Positions 20,751-31,451 of a stretch of DNA of 64,000 nt are shown here, piece by piece. A model generated the notes under the pieces. It did no database searches. It was not told the DNA's origin and saw nothing but the letters and a program-made list of their open reading frames with translations. The position numbers and the translations under genes were made by a program. The DNA comes from a bacterium (GTDB lineage Bacteria > UBA8248), in NCBI GenBank assembly GCA_965221165.1, contig CBDCRP010000002.1:64001-128000 (forward strand), in the 5' to 3' direction. Positions within the stretch are counted from its first letter, which is position 1. Each line of letters opens with the position of its first letter.

Positions 20751-21590
20751 CTATTTTCTCAACCTCACCGCCTTGAAGCCCCGGGTCGCCTTTGGCACCG
20801 CATCCTCCACGGGAAAGCGCTCGGCGGAGGAACCACCCACATAGCCATCGAAGCGGCTCTCCATGTCGAGCAGTCTTTCGAAATCGGCAGGAGTCTCTAT
20901 GGAACCCCCATGGCAGGTGAAGATTCTGTCTTCGTATTTCGGCAACAGAGCGTCGAAGACAGCCGTCGCCTTTCCCGCAGCCTCATCGAGCGGCATGACG
21001 GTCTTAGAACCGATGGAACCGCCGGAACTGTTCCCGAAATGAATGATGATGTTGTCCACACCTCCCTCCGCCATGGCGAGGGCTTCATCCGGCGTGGTGG
21101 TGAAGGCTTTGGTGAACATGCCCTTGCGATTCGCATATCCCAAAAGATCGACTTCTTTGGAAAAACCCATGCCCGTTTCTTCTAAGTCTTTTCTGAAATT
21201 CCCATCGATCAAGGCGATCGTGGGGCAGTTCATCAGGCCGTGGAAACCGGCGGTCTTGATTTTGTCCACGAATGAAAACATGTTTCTCGTGGGATCTGTG
21301 GCCAACACCCCCGCGATGACGGGACACTCCCGCACCACATTGAGGATGGAACGCTCGCCCAGTTCGAGTGTTATGGCGTTCGCATCTCCAATCGGCAGAT
21401 ACCCGGCCATCGAGCTCAAGCCCTGCATCCGGTAGTAGGCGAGATTAAAGGTCGTGAGGAGGTCCGCTCCTCCGCGCGCGGCGAATTTCGCAGTGATGCC
21501 GCTTCCGCACAGCGCGTCGTATATGGCGCGTCCGGCATCCCGCTCAGACCGTAGACGGGTGAGGATTTCATCTCGCGAGATATGCGTAAT
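20751..21590 (-). CDS. TIM-barrel signal-transduction / PEP-hydrolase-like protein with a probable ATT start
   Basis: The frame extends 54 codons above ATG 21428 (ISRDEILTRLR..GSGITAKFAARGGADLL..YRMQG) to an ATT preceded by AGAGG; CHGGSI and GGSSAERFP motifs. Confidence 0.8.
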   Translation of the reverse strand: MTHISRDEILTRLRSERDAGRAIYDALCGSGITAKFAARGGADLLTTFNLAYYRMQGLSSMAGYLPIGDANAITLELGERSILNVVRECPVIAGVLATDPTRNMFSFVDKIKTAGFHGLMNCPTIALIDGNFRKDLEETGMGFSKEVDLLGYANRKGMFTKAFTTTPDEALAMAEGGVDNIIIHFGNSSGGSIGSKTVMPLDEAAGKATAVFDALLPKYEDRIFTCHGGSIETPADFERLLDMESRFDGYVGGSSAERFPVEDAVPKATRGFKAVRLRK

Positions 21591-21802
21591 GGAATTAACC
21601 TCTTAATTATCAGTTATTTATATGCATTTTCAAAGAAATAACTCAATATATGAGTATATAACCAATTGCCAATAAACGCCTCATCCTGCATGCAATTCAT
21701 TTTTTACTTGATACCATGCCCTTCTTTGTGTGAAAATAGGGGCATGGAAAAGGCAGGCGATGTATCGCCTTCAAAATCATATTGTTCCAAGGATAAGCTC
21801 TA

Positions 21803-21860
21803 GTGGTCCCGTTCGCCCGAGCTGCTCCGCCCCTTATGGGGTGGAGCGGCGCGGGGCCAC
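21803..21860 (+). ncRNA. Candidate structured RNA or hairpin element
   Basis: 13-bp inner stem with TTAT loop and 9-bp outer stem; the mismatches are G-U wobbles on the + strand. Confidence 0.3.
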
Positions 21861-21925
21861 GCAAGTAGACACCCCGGCGGGACTCGAATCAAGTCACGGT
21901 GAGCGCAAAAGATTTCCGGCGCCCC

Positions 21926-24058
21926 TCAAGTCCTGTCCGCCAGGAATGCCTCGGCGACGAATACCCCCCCCAGCAAAAGAAAAAGAAGCGCTCCCAAATC
22001 GAGTAGCCCCAGAATCGAGCGCAGCGGGTCGGATTCGTTCGCCGGCAAATCGCGGATGTCGAGCCGATCGAGTTTTTCTTTCAGAGCACTCATCTCCACA
22101 GGGAAGATATTCGCTTCCGAGGAAGGCACGTTCACGCCCACGAAATGTTTTTCATCAGGCGTAAGAACGCTATAGAAGCCTGCACGGTAGGCATCCCGGT
22201 AATAGGCGACGGCGCCGCCACCGCCCGCCTTGCCCAACCTTAATCCATCCACGGATGCGGCTTCGGGGTTCAGGGTTTTCTCCATGAACTGGAGCGCGCG
22301 CGCTTCCTGGTTCGGCCCGCGGATTTGTATCGCCTCCCCCGCCCGCTTGATGGGCGCTCGAATTTCAAACGTATCCCCCACATTCGCGGAGGAGGACACG
22401 CCCTTTCGCGTGCCGCCCAGAAAATCGGAAACCCCTCTTATAAAAGGAACGAAAACAGGCCGCACGGCGAGGTCCGTCCAATCCCTATCGCATGTAGAAC
22501 CCCACATCATCACTTGTCCCGACCCTACGGAACCGAGCACGAGGACGGGGGTTCCATCGGGAAGCTCCAATAAGGCCCGCCCGCCTCTCGCCGGGTCGAG
22601 AGGCGTCACCCGGGCCAGGCGCAAGGCGGAGAAAAACCGCCCGCCGTTTGCCCCCAGCAAAGAAAACGCCGGGTGCAACTCCTCGCCTTGAGCGATTTTC
22701 AGGCTTTGGGATGGGCGCAGCGTTGTTGGGCCTCTCGGCGTGGCCGGCAGCCAGTCGAGTCCAGATGTCTTTTCGCTCGACAATTCTCCCGTGGCCCAGA
22801 GAAGCCCACCGCCTTTTTCGACGAAATTCCTTAAACCCCGCCCACCCTGTTCGGGCCAGCGCCCTACGTTACAGGCGATGACGTAGTCATACTCATCCCA
22901 ATCCACGTTGTTCAGTTCATAAGACGCCACGACGCGCGTCAGCACCGGCGATTCTCCGCCTAGAGGCGCTGCGCTCAGGGCATTGACGAGGAAGAAAGTC
23001 TCGCTGTCCTGGAGTCCGCGCTTCGGGTCCCCGTCGATGACCAGGGCGCGCAGACGCTTGCCGATGCCGGCCGCAAAGTAGAACTGGTTCGTCGTCGAGA
23101 GATTGTCCTTCGGCAACTGAATGCGTCCGTAGAGTACGCCCTTTTGAGGCGCATTCACCCGAAAACTCACGGGACCCGCCCCGTCCGGCTCGAGGTCCAC
23201 TTCCGCCGTCTCCTGCAGCTCCTCGCCCACATACAAATGTACGGGCACTTTCGATTTTTTCTTGTTTCCCCTGTTGAAAATGCGCCCCCCGATGGTGAAG
23301 GAGAACCCCGCCTTGGGCGGCCAGGGCTTCATCTTCACGTCCTGGAGGCTTACATCCTCCACCCCTGCTTCCGGAGCTACGCGCACGAATTGCAGGTGAA
23401 CATGCGGGTTCCATTGCTTGAGGTTGCGAATCTGGAACGACTCCCAATCGCTTTGGGCGAAATCGCTGAAAACGACGATGTTTCTACGCCCCGCCCGGGG
23501 AGATGCGTTCTCGAGCGCGTGCTGAACGAGGCGGCCCGGCGCGCCCTTTCCGTCGGTTTGACGAACCCCCTCCAGTGCTGCGAGAGCGTCCTTGCGCTTT
23601 AATTCTTTCAGTGGAGCGCCAGGCGCTTCTCCGACGGTCGTCGCGATGCTCATGCGATCCGAATCGGACATATCCTCGATCATCCGCCGCACGGCGCGCT
23701 TGGCGACGTCGAAGCGACTGCCCTTTGACGTCGAAAACGCCATGCTCGCAGAATTATCGACTACGGCGACGGTGTGGACGGGAAACCATCCTCCGCTCGA
23801 TACGCCGCCTTCGGTCGCCAAAAGTGGACGCGAAGCCAGGAAAATAGCCACCCCGACGGCGCACACACGGAGAAACAGGAGTATCCAGTTTCTGAGCCTG
23901 CTCCGATTCGTGATGCGGCGTTGCGTTCTGAGCAGGAACTCAAATGTGGGGAGCCTGTATCTGCGGACGAGACGCCTCCTCAGCATGTGAATCAGGATGG
24001 GGAGAAAAACGAGCCCCATTCCCCAAAGAAGCGCTCCGTGCAAGAATTGAAAACTCAA
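21926..24058 (-). CDS. BatA-domain/vWA membrane protein
   Basis: LPILIHML..RR..LPTFEFL, VVDNSASM (MIDAS) and FSDF; C-terminal TM helix. Confidence 0.85.
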   Translation of the reverse strand: MSFQFLHGALLWGMGLVFLPILIHMLRRRLVRRYRLPTFEFLLRTQRRITNRSRLRNWILLFLRVCAVGVAIFLASRPLLATEGGVSSGGWFPVHTVAVVDNSASMAFSTSKGSRFDVAKRAVRRMIEDMSDSDRMSIATTVGEAPGAPLKELKRKDALAALEGVRQTDGKGAPGRLVQHALENASPRAGRRNIVVFSDFAQSDWESFQIRNLKQWNPHVHLQFVRVAPEAGVEDVSLQDVKMKPWPPKAGFSFTIGGRIFNRGNKKKSKVPVHLYVGEELQETAEVDLEPDGAGPVSFRVNAPQKGVLYGRIQLPKDNLSTTNQFYFAAGIGKRLRALVIDGDPKRGLQDSETFFLVNALSAAPLGGESPVLTRVVASYELNNVDWDEYDYVIACNVGRWPEQGGRGLRNFVEKGGGLLWATGELSSEKTSGLDWLPATPRGPTTLRPSQSLKIAQGEELHPAFSLLGANGGRFFSALRLARVTPLDPARGGRALLELPDGTPVLVLGSVGSGQVMMWGSTCDRDWTDLAVRPVFVPFIRGVSDFLGGTRKGVSSSANVGDTFEIRAPIKRAGEAIQIRGPNQEARALQFMEKTLNPEAASVDGLRLGKAGGGGAVAYYRDAYRAGFYSVLTPDEKHFVGVNVPSSEANIFPVEMSALKEKLDRLDIRDLPANESDPLRSILGLLDLGALLFLLLGGVFVAEAFLADRT

Positions 24059-24083
24059 ATCCCACTTCTCCTAAAACGTTCCG

Positions 24084-24977
24084 CTATACCCTCGACCTGC
24101 TGCGCCACGCCAGAAAGCGGATGAGGCTTCTGTCGAGCGGCTCAGCCGTCGAGACCAGGTGATAATCCACTCCCATGTCCGCGCACCGCTCCCGCGTTTG
24201 CTCGAGGAATTCTCCCAAAAGCCCGAGGTAGGGTCTTTTCACCACCTCGCATTCGACCGTAATGTTTCTCTCCGTTTCGACGTCATCCATCCTGGCGAGA
24301 CCCTCGAAGGGAAAATCGAGTTCCGCGCTATCGAGAACATGAAAGACGATGACGTCGTTTCCTTTCAGACACAGCAGATTGAGCGCTTTTTCTATTGCTT
24401 CGGGCTCATCGAGCAAATCGGAAACGATGATGACGAGCCCTCTTCTGCTCAAGCGTTCCGTCAGGGAAAGCAGCGACCGGGCGATTCCGGTTCCGCCGGC
24501 CGGCTTGGCCGCCTGTAAGCCCGCCAACAGGGCCAGCAAGTGCCTTCTTACGGATTTGGGCGGAACTTGTTCGTCTTCGCTCTCATAGGAAATCACCAGG
24601 CCCACCGAATCGGACTGGCCCAGCAGCAAATGCGCCATCGCCGAGATGAGGGTGGCCGCATAGCCCCACTTGCTCAGGGGTCCGTCTCCGAAATCCATCG
24701 AGGCGCTGGCGTCGATGACGAGATGCGCGTGTAAGTTCGTCTCGTCCTCATATTGTTTCACGAGGTAGCGGTCGAATTTCCCGTACGCCTTCCAGTCGAT
24801 GTGGCGCAGTTCATCGCCCGGGGAGTACGCTCTGTGCTCCTCGAAATCGACGCTGAAGCCTCGTGAGCGGCTCCTGTGGACGCCGCTCATCAAACCCTCG
24901 ACCACATGGCGTGCGCGTAGCTGTAGGTTCGATAATCGAGAGATGAGAACGGGGTCGAAATACTGATCCGAGCTCAA
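24084..24977 (-). CDS. DUF58 (vWA-like) protein
   Basis: GVHRS..RGFSVDFEEHRAYSPGDELRHIDWK and DASASM. Confidence 0.9.
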   Translation of the reverse strand: MSSDQYFDPVLISRLSNLQLRARHVVEGLMSGVHRSRSRGFSVDFEEHRAYSPGDELRHIDWKAYGKFDRYLVKQYEDETNLHAHLVIDASASMDFGDGPLSKWGYAATLISAMAHLLLGQSDSVGLVISYESEDEQVPPKSVRRHLLALLAGLQAAKPAGGTGIARSLLSLTERLSRRGLVIIVSDLLDEPEAIEKALNLLCLKGNDVIVFHVLDSAELDFPFEGLARMDDVETERNITVECEVVKRPYLGLLGEFLEQTRERCADMGVDYHLVSTAEPLDRSLIRFLAWRSRSRV

Positions 24978-25001
24978 GGCGATCCCCTCAAGAACAAGCG
25001 C

Positions 25002-26054
25002 CTACGCGGCTTCGGTGGCCTCCGCCGGGGGCGCGATGGTTTCGAGCAGTCGCCCTATCAGGGACACGGAGTCATGTCCTTCCGCCTGGCCTCGAAAGTT
25101 CACCAGAATCCGGTGTCTGAGCACGGGCTCGGCCAGCGCCCGCACGTCCTCAATCGTTGCGGCGTAGCGTCCCCGAAGCAGCGCACGCGCCCGGGCGCCC
25201 AGAATCAGGTACTGGCTCGCCCTCGGCCCCGCGCCCCACTCCACGTAGTGGCGAACGAAATCCGGAGCGGTCTCGTCATCCGGGCGGGATGCGCGCGCGA
25301 GTGAAACCGCATATTCCACCACATAGGGAGCCGCAGGCACACGGCGCACCAATTCCTGGAACGACAAAATCTGCTCGTTATCCATAATTTCTTCGAGTTT
25401 GGGGTCATAGTTCGACGTCGTTTGCGCAACGATTTCCTTCTCCTCCGCCAGGCTGGGATAGGACACCCCGACCTCGAACATGAACCTGTCCAACTGCGCT
25501 TCGGGCAACGGGTACGTGCCTTCCTGCTCCACGGGGTTCTGGGTCGCGAGAACGAAAAACGGAGGCTTCAGGAAATGCGCCTGCCCGCCGGCTGTCACGT
25601 GCAACTCCTGCATGGCCTGAAGGAGAGCCGCCTGCGTTTTGGGCGAGGTGCGGTTAATCTCGTCCGCCAGCAGTATCTGGCTGAAGATGGGCCCGCGAAT
25701 GAAGCGGAAAGAACGCCTTCCCTCCGTGGTGTCATCCAGAATATCCGTGCCCGTGATGTCCGAGGGCATCAAATCGGGCGTGAACTGGATGCGGTTGAAA
25801 TCGAGTTGCAATACGCGCGCCAGGGTGCGTATCAGCAAAGTTTTGGCCAAGCCCGGCACGCCCACCAAAAGACAGTGGCCTTTCGAAAGCAAGGCTATCA
25901 GGATCAAATCGATGACTTCCGCCTGACCGACGATGATCTTGTGCACCTGATCGAGGATGGCGTCGCGCTTGACGCCGATTTCAAGCGCCACCTCCACGTC
26001 CATCTCGCTCAACCTTGATTCTTCGTTTCCTTCGCCATCCATCACGTCATTCAT
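25002..26054 (-). CDS. moxR: MoxR-family AAA+ ATPase
   Basis: [27 protein letters not shown] and [22 protein letters not shown]. Confidence 0.93.
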   Translation of the reverse strand: MNDVMDGEGNEESRLSEMDVEVALEIGVKRDAILDQVHKIIVGQAEVIDLILIALLSKGHCLLVGVPGLAKTLLIRTLARVLQLDFNRIQFTPDLMPSDITGTDILDDTTEGRRSFRFIRGPIFSQILLADEINRTSPKTQAALLQAMQELHVTAGGQAHFLKPPFFVLATQNPVEQEGTYPLPEAQLDRFMFEVGVSYPSLAEEKEIVAQTTSNYDPKLEEIMDNEQILSFQELVRRVPAAPYVVEYAVSLARASRPDDETAPDFVRHYVEWGAGPRASQYLILGARARALLRGRYAATIEDVRALAEPVLRHRILVNFRGQAEGHDSVSLIGRLLETIAPPAEATEAA

Positions 26055-26076
26055 TCCGTATCGCCTCTCGATGGGA

Positions 26077-27798
26077 TTAGCGGGGCGCAATGAGTCGAAG
26101 CACCGCACGCTCGCGCTTCGCTTTTTCCGCCTCGCCCGTTCTTTCGTAATGCGCCAGCAGGCGCTCGTGAACCAACTGAATAAATGGATTGATCTGCACT
26201 ACCTGTTCCCACGCCTTGAGCGCGCCTTCCCATTTTTTAGCCATCTCGCTCGCCAGCGCCTGATGCACGTGCGTCATCGCGTAATCCGGGTCCACCTCCA
26301 GCGCTTTTCGGATGTGACGCTCGGCCTGGGGCATCATGCCCAGATGTATCTCGATCTGGGCCGCGCGATTGAGCAGGGGCTGGGAGTGCGGTTCATCGCG
26401 CAAGGCGCGGCGATATTCGATCAGGGCCGCTCTCGTTCTTCCTCTAAACGAAAGCCTGTCGCCCAGCCGCATGCGTCTTCTGGCCACGGCGCTCTTGAGC
26501 GCCGCCAGATCGATCGTTCGCTCGTTCATCGGCCCCTTGGGCTTGAGCTTCGGCTGAGAAACCCGCGAGCCCCGGTAGGGACGAAGAGGCAATTTTTTCA
26601 GGTCTTCTATCCAAAGTTTCTCGAACCCGCCCAAATCGACCCCGGCGACCATCTGCAGTCCGGGCTCCGCGCTTTGAGGAGGCCCGGTGGCTTCCAGTTC
26701 TACGAGGCTCGCCCGCCTTTGATGGCGCGCCCCGGCATTCACCTCCCCGAGCGCCGGGGCTCCCTGTACTGCTTGCGCGGGCGACCCGTTCCGGATGCCC
26801 GACAGCAAACGAACGAGCGCGCCCTCGCCCATTTTTCGCTGGATGAAATCCACGGCCGAAGCCGCCTCCGCGTAGGCCAGGTGCACCTCTTGCGGCGTAT
26901 CGAGATAGATGAGGCTCGGCTCCATCCGCTTGAAGGGGACATATTTGTCCGTCTCCCTCGCCTTGTACAACAAGGCCTCCTCGCCCGGGTGGAGGTAGTC
27001 GAATCCCTCGCCCTGCCATTTTTTCTCCAGATACTTGGCGATTCCCTCGTGCAGCCAGATGGGAGCGCGATTCTTCGTGGCCAGCACGATGAGATAATGA
27101 ACGTACTCGTGCGCCGCGGTATCGAGCCAGCGATACCCCCGCAAGAGAGCGCCGGGGGATAAAAACATCACCTTGTTGAACTTGCAGACCCCTACCGCTC
27201 CTTTCTCCTCGATGTCGCGCCTCGACAGGGTGGAGGACTTGTGGAAGCGGCTCGAGTCCGAGAAAAGCTCCACGCGAATCCGACCCTTGGGACGCACTCC
27301 CAAAATATCTCCATACCGCGCATAGGCTTTCTCGAGCACCTCAGCCAGATAGGGCAACAGAACGGCGTCTTCCCCCGGCGGGTACCAGATGTCAAAATGC
27401 TCCGTCTTGTGCGCTTCGAATCCTTGAAGCGCCGTTTGCGTCTGGCGTACGTGGAGTCTCAGTTCGAGCCATTCGCTATCGCCCGGCCTTTTCTTGAGCG
27501 CCGCGTTGAGATTGGCCACCGACTCGGAATACCTGCCCTCCAGATAATCCACGGCCCCCGAAAGCGCCCGCCATTCCGCCAGGCCGGGAGACTTGGCCTC
27601 AAGCGATTCGATTTTTTTCCTGGCCGCCGCCAGATTCCACGCCCGGAGTTCATCCACCACCGCGCGATAACCATCCGGCCGCTTCACATATTCAGAGAGA
27701 GGCGCCACCCGATTGACGGTATGCGCTCCTGCGGAGGAGACGAAACCCGCCGCGAGCATGCCACAGATAAGCAGTGAGAAAGCTTTTTTCGCCATCAT
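26077..27798 (-). CDS. Exported TPR protein with a peptidase-MA (gluzincin-like) domain
   Basis: Signal peptide, HEYVH...WLHEGIA motif and TPR-like repeats at both ends. Confidence 0.75.
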   Translation of the reverse strand: MMAKKAFSLLICGMLAAGFVSSAGAHTVNRVAPLSEYVKRPDGYRAVVDELRAWNLAAARKKIESLEAKSPGLAEWRALSGAVDYLEGRYSESVANLNAALKKRPGDSEWLELRLHVRQTQTALQGFEAHKTEHFDIWYPPGEDAVLLPYLAEVLEKAYARYGDILGVRPKGRIRVELFSDSSRFHKSSTLSRRDIEEKGAVGVCKFNKVMFLSPGALLRGYRWLDTAAHEYVHYLIVLATKNRAPIWLHEGIAKYLEKKWQGEGFDYLHPGEEALLYKARETDKYVPFKRMEPSLIYLDTPQEVHLAYAEAASAVDFIQRKMGEGALVRLLSGIRNGSPAQAVQGAPALGEVNAGARHQRRASLVELEATGPPQSAEPGLQMVAGVDLGGFEKLWIEDLKKLPLRPYRGSRVSQPKLKPKGPMNERTIDLAALKSAVARRRMRLGDRLSFRGRTRAALIEYRRALRDEPHSQPLLNRAAQIEIHLGMMPQAERHIRKALEVDPDYAMTHVHQALASEMAKKWEGALKAWEQVVQINPFIQLVHERLLAHYERTGEAEKAKRERAVLRLIAPR

Positions 27799-30700
27799 TT
27801 GGTAAGCCTGTCGAAATAGTCTTCTATTTCACCACGCATTCCGCTCGGAAGGCCGTCTTTCATCGCTTCCATAATTTCTTCCCTGAACTTGGCGGGCACC
27901 TTGTATTGTTCCCGATCGGGTATCAACACCTCGCTGAACTGGGTGCCGAGATTGCCATCATCCTCCCTCCCCCGCTGATCGGAGCCGCGTGGTTGGGCAA
28001 AGTTCGGATTCCTGGACCACCAGGGCCTGTTTCCGCCCATCCCCGGACGCATGGCGCCGAACCCCCTGGGCGTGCCCAGGCCCAAAGTGCCGCGCTGCGC
28101 CATCTGCTGCATGGCCTGCTGCATGGAGTTTTGTCCCTGGGCGAGTTTGCGTATCGCCTCCTCCTCGGGAGGCACCGCATGGGAGGAACTGTGTTTTTCC
28201 AGGAACGCGGCGGCTTGTTCCATCTCTTTTCCCGCCTCGGTGATTCTGCGCAGGATGCTCGGGTTGATGAATGGATACACCTGCATCATCTGACGCAACT
28301 GCTGCTCGAAATCCGCCAATCGCTTGCGCAAGGACTTCTGCCTGAAGCGCAGACCGTCGAGCTTGGCGATTTCCGTGCCGCCGGCGTCTTTTTCGGACTT
28401 CTCCAGAATCCTCTCGAGGCTCTCGGCCACCTTTTTCCAGGGCGCGGCTTCGGCGTCTTCCGCCCGCCTCGCCACTTTCGGCGCATCCGTCTTTTTCTTC
28501 GCTACCCGGGCGGGAGCGGCGCAGGGCGATTCATCGAGCGTCGCCGCCCACTCCGGCAGCCTCTGGAAGATGATTCCCCACTCCCCCTTTTTTCGCATCG
28601 CGTCTAGTTCAGAGAGCGCCCGTATCTGCTCGCGCTGGATTTTCTCGGCGCGCGCCTGGGGGGATAGTTCTTTTTCTTTCGCCGCCGGCGGTAGAAGAGA
28701 AGGCGGAATTTTCCGCGCACTCTCCGCGGGATCAGCCTTCTCTTCGGGCTCGGCCTTCTTCGCAGGCTCGGCCTTCACCAGACAATCGGAGGGCAGCGGC
28801 TTTTTCGCCAGCTCGCTTCTTGCCTCCCAATACAATCGGGCGCTTCGCGAAACGGCGGCGACGTCCTCGGGCCATTTGTTCTTGAGGCGATCCACCACAT
28901 TCTCCAGGATTCCCACCGTCTCGCCGAGGATGGCTTGCTGCTCCTCCACGATGGATGCCAGTTCATTTTGCTGACGCCTGATGGGTCTGCCTCCGCGCTG
29001 GCTCATCATCTGCTGGCGCTGGATGCCCCGCAGCGCCATGCGCATTCTCTGCAACTGGCTCATCAAGCGCCTCAGCTGCTCCAGTGCGCCCTGAAAGTTC
29101 TTCTCGTGCATCATCCGGCGAATCTGGTCGAAAGAGCGCATCATGTCCTGCATGGGCATCTCGCGCATGCTGCGCTGGTTCATGAACTCGGCGGGCATGC
29201 GCTGGGCCAGCGAAGCCATCTGCCGCATGAGCTTGCCCAACTCGGCTTTCAGTTTTTCCAGTTCCTTCGCCACACGCCTGAGCGCCTCTTCGTCCCCACC
29301 CATTTTGCGCATTTTCTCGAGCGCCTGCTCGATGGCCCTTTGTCTTTGGATCATCGATTCCGTCGTACGGCCCGCCCTGTCCACCCGGACGTTGCGCTGG
29401 ATTTCCTCGCTCATCGTGGCGAGGCGCTCGAGGGTTTCTGTCGCCTCTTCCTGCCGGGCGGCCAATTCGCGATTCAGCCTCTCTCTTTCTGCTTTCGCGT
29501 TCTTGTCCAGTTTCGATAGTCGCGAGAGCGGTTTCAGGTATTGCGAAATCGCATCGCGCAGTTGCCGCTCCAGGGTGGCCAGGTCCATGTCGGAGAGCGT
29601 CTCGCGTGGATTCTTGGGCTTGAGCACCGCCCTCGTCCGCTTGATTCTCTCCAGGATCTTGGTGGCCTTATCCTCGAGGGAGCCGCTTCTCGGGGCGGGC
29701 TTCCCTGTTTCCTTCGTCCCTTTCGTTCGCTCTTCAGGCGAGAGATCCTTCTCCAGGTAATCACCCAGCAGGTCGAGGAGTTCATTCGAAATTTCGCCCA
29801 GCTTCCTGTCCAGCCCGGCCATCACGGCTTCTCTGTCACGGACTCGAATCCGGTACGTTTTGCTCGTCCCGATCTTGGGGCCGCTCACCGTATCCACATC
29901 CGGGGCCATGAAACGATAGATGAGGATTCCCCCCGGCCGGATGCCCATGGCCCCGAAGTCGAACTCATGCTTTCCCCTCACATTTTTCTGAGGAACCTCA
30001 CCGCCCCACACCTTGATTCTTCTCGGGCGGCGGCTCCCGAGCCCGACTTCGAGATACACGTTCTTCAGGCCGAAATCATCAGTCGCCCGGTATCTCACGA
30101 TCACCTGCTCGTCGGCCTCTACCGTGATGTCCTTGGCCGGGTCCGTCGCGACCACTTTGGGATAGGCGTCGGGGATGATGTCGATTCGGTAGCGCCGGGG
30201 CGCCAGATTCGAAAATCCGTGCACATCCTTCAAGCGGACCTGATAGGAACCCGCGCCGCCCAGAATCATCTTGACGCTCAGCGAATCGCCCTCCTCCGAG
30301 GCCTTGAGCGGCAATCGCCAGCCATCGGCCAAGGAGATGAGCGCCTCTTGAACCTGTTTGTTCGTCTTTACCGCCAGGCGCACCTCTGAACCCATGTAGG
30401 CCCGTATGTGGCCGCCACTTTCCCCCTTGCCGGGTTTGAGCTTCGTGTATTCGGGCGGATATTGAACCACTGCGATGGATTCCACCCTGGGCGGGGCGAC
30501 CACACGAACATCGAGCGTCCTGGAGCGGAACCTGCCCGTACGCGCCGTAATGCGCGCATCTGCTCCGGCCGCCAGCCAGCGAGCACGAAAATGGTGAGGA
30601 GCTATTTTCTGCATGGTGATGGCCGATGGGGGTGCGGAACCTCGCTGCACCTCCAACTCCACGGAACTCGTCTCACGCCCCCTGGTATTCACTTCGAACG

Positions 30701-31340
30701 TCGCAGGCATACCGGGAAGAAGCGTCGTGCGGTCCGCCCGAATCTCCAGATGCGTGATGCGCGAGGGCATGAGGTCCGCCGCATTCGCCAGAAGATAACC
30801 CGCGCGCGGATAGAGACCCGGCCACATGAAAGCCATGAGAACCACGGCGACCGCCAGAACCGCGGCAAGCCGCCCGAGCCTTTGAAAACCGACGTGAGAG
30901 ACATAACTCTTCGGGTCGAGCGATTCCACCTCCCGGCTCGTATCGTTCACCAGCGCGTCGATGAGCGCGGGCGAGGTGGGGTCGTCGTCACCGAGTTCAC
31001 CCTTGCGCGGGAAGAGCTGGAGCGAACTGATGAGGTTGCTGCCCAGGTCCGGATGGGTATCTTCGATGTCGAGCGCGATACTTTGCCGTCTCGGGCGGCG
31101 GGTCGCCAGCCACCAGCAGCGAAGGAACGACAGACCCAGCAGAAGAATCGTCAGCCCGGCGTAGATGATGGCGGAATATCCAAAGGAAGACTGCGATACG
31201 ACCGCCGCCGGAGCGAGCAGAAAAACGGCCAAAGCGCTCAGGAGGAAAACCATCCCCGCCTCGAGACGCCTGACTTTGAGGCGAGCGCGAATCACCGAGT
31301 CCAGAAATTCGTTTATCTTCTTAAAAGATTGCTCGGCCAC
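27795..31340 (-). CDS. DUF4175-like large membrane-anchored coiled-coil protein
   Basis: Three N-terminal TMs, PPEYT, ATDDFGL, Q/M-rich coiled coil, C-terminal YFDRL. Confidence 0.75.
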   Translation of the reverse strand: MAEQSFKKINEFLDSVIRARLKVRRLEAGMVFLLSALAVFLLAPAAVVSQSSFGYSAIIYAGLTILLLGLSFLRCWWLATRRPRRQSIALDIEDTHPDLGSNLISSLQLFPRKGELGDDDPTSPALIDALVNDTSREVESLDPKSYVSHVGFQRLGRLAAVLAVAVVLMAFMWPGLYPRAGYLLANAADLMPSRITHLEIRADRTTLLPGMPATFEVNTRGRETSSVELEVQRGSAPPSAITMQKIAPHHFRARWLAAGADARITARTGRFRSRTLDVRVVAPPRVESIAVVQYPPEYTKLKPGKGESGGHIRAYMGSEVRLAVKTNKQVQEALISLADGWRLPLKASEEGDSLSVKMILGGAGSYQVRLKDVHGFSNLAPRRYRIDIIPDAYPKVVATDPAKDITVEADEQVIVRYRATDDFGLKNVYLEVGLGSRRPRRIKVWGGEVPQKNVRGKHEFDFGAMGIRPGGILIYRFMAPDVDTVSGPKIGTSKTYRIRVRDREAVMAGLDRKLGEISNELLDLLGDYLEKDLSPEERTKGTKETGKPAPRSGSLEDKATKILERIKRTRAVLKPKNPRETLSDMDLATLERQLRDAISQYLKPLSRLSKLDKNAKAERERLNRELAARQEEATETLERLATMSEEIQRNVRVDRAGRTTESMIQRQRAIEQALEKMRKMGGDEEALRRVAKELEKLKAELGKLMRQMASLAQRMPAEFMNQRSMREMPMQDMMRSFDQIRRMMHEKNFQGALEQLRRLMSQLQRMRMALRGIQRQQMMSQRGGRPIRRQQNELASIVEEQQAILGETVGILENVVDRLKNKWPEDVAAVSRSARLYWEARSELAKKPLPSDCLVKAEPAKKAEPEEKADPAESARKIPPSLLPPAAKEKELSPQARAEKIQREQIRALSELDAMRKKGEWGIIFQRLPEWAATLDESPCAAPARVAKKKTDAPKVARRAEDAEAAPWKKVAESLERILEKSEKDAGGTEIAKLDGLRFRQKSLRKRLADFEQQLRQMMQVYPFINPSILRRITEAGKEMEQAAAFLEKHSSSHAVPPEEEAIRKLAQGQNSMQQAMQQMAQRGTLGLGTPRGFGAMRPGMGGNRPWWSRNPNFAQPRGSDQRGREDDGNLGTQFSEVLIPDREQYKVPAKFREEIMEAMKDGLPSGMRGEIEDYFDRLTK

Positions 31341-31451
31341 CTCTCGTTTCCTTCACATGAGTGAACGGCGACAAGCATAAATTCAATGCATATTACATCA
31401 AATACATGAACGCGCGGTATCCATGAGAAACCGGCCCCGACTCGTGCGCTC

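Noticed and set aside
21803-21900. tRNA-Sec or glnA riboswitch
   Set aside because: No cloverleaf, TCA anticodon or T-loop; the glnA-motif 3' GAAGGAACG element is absent
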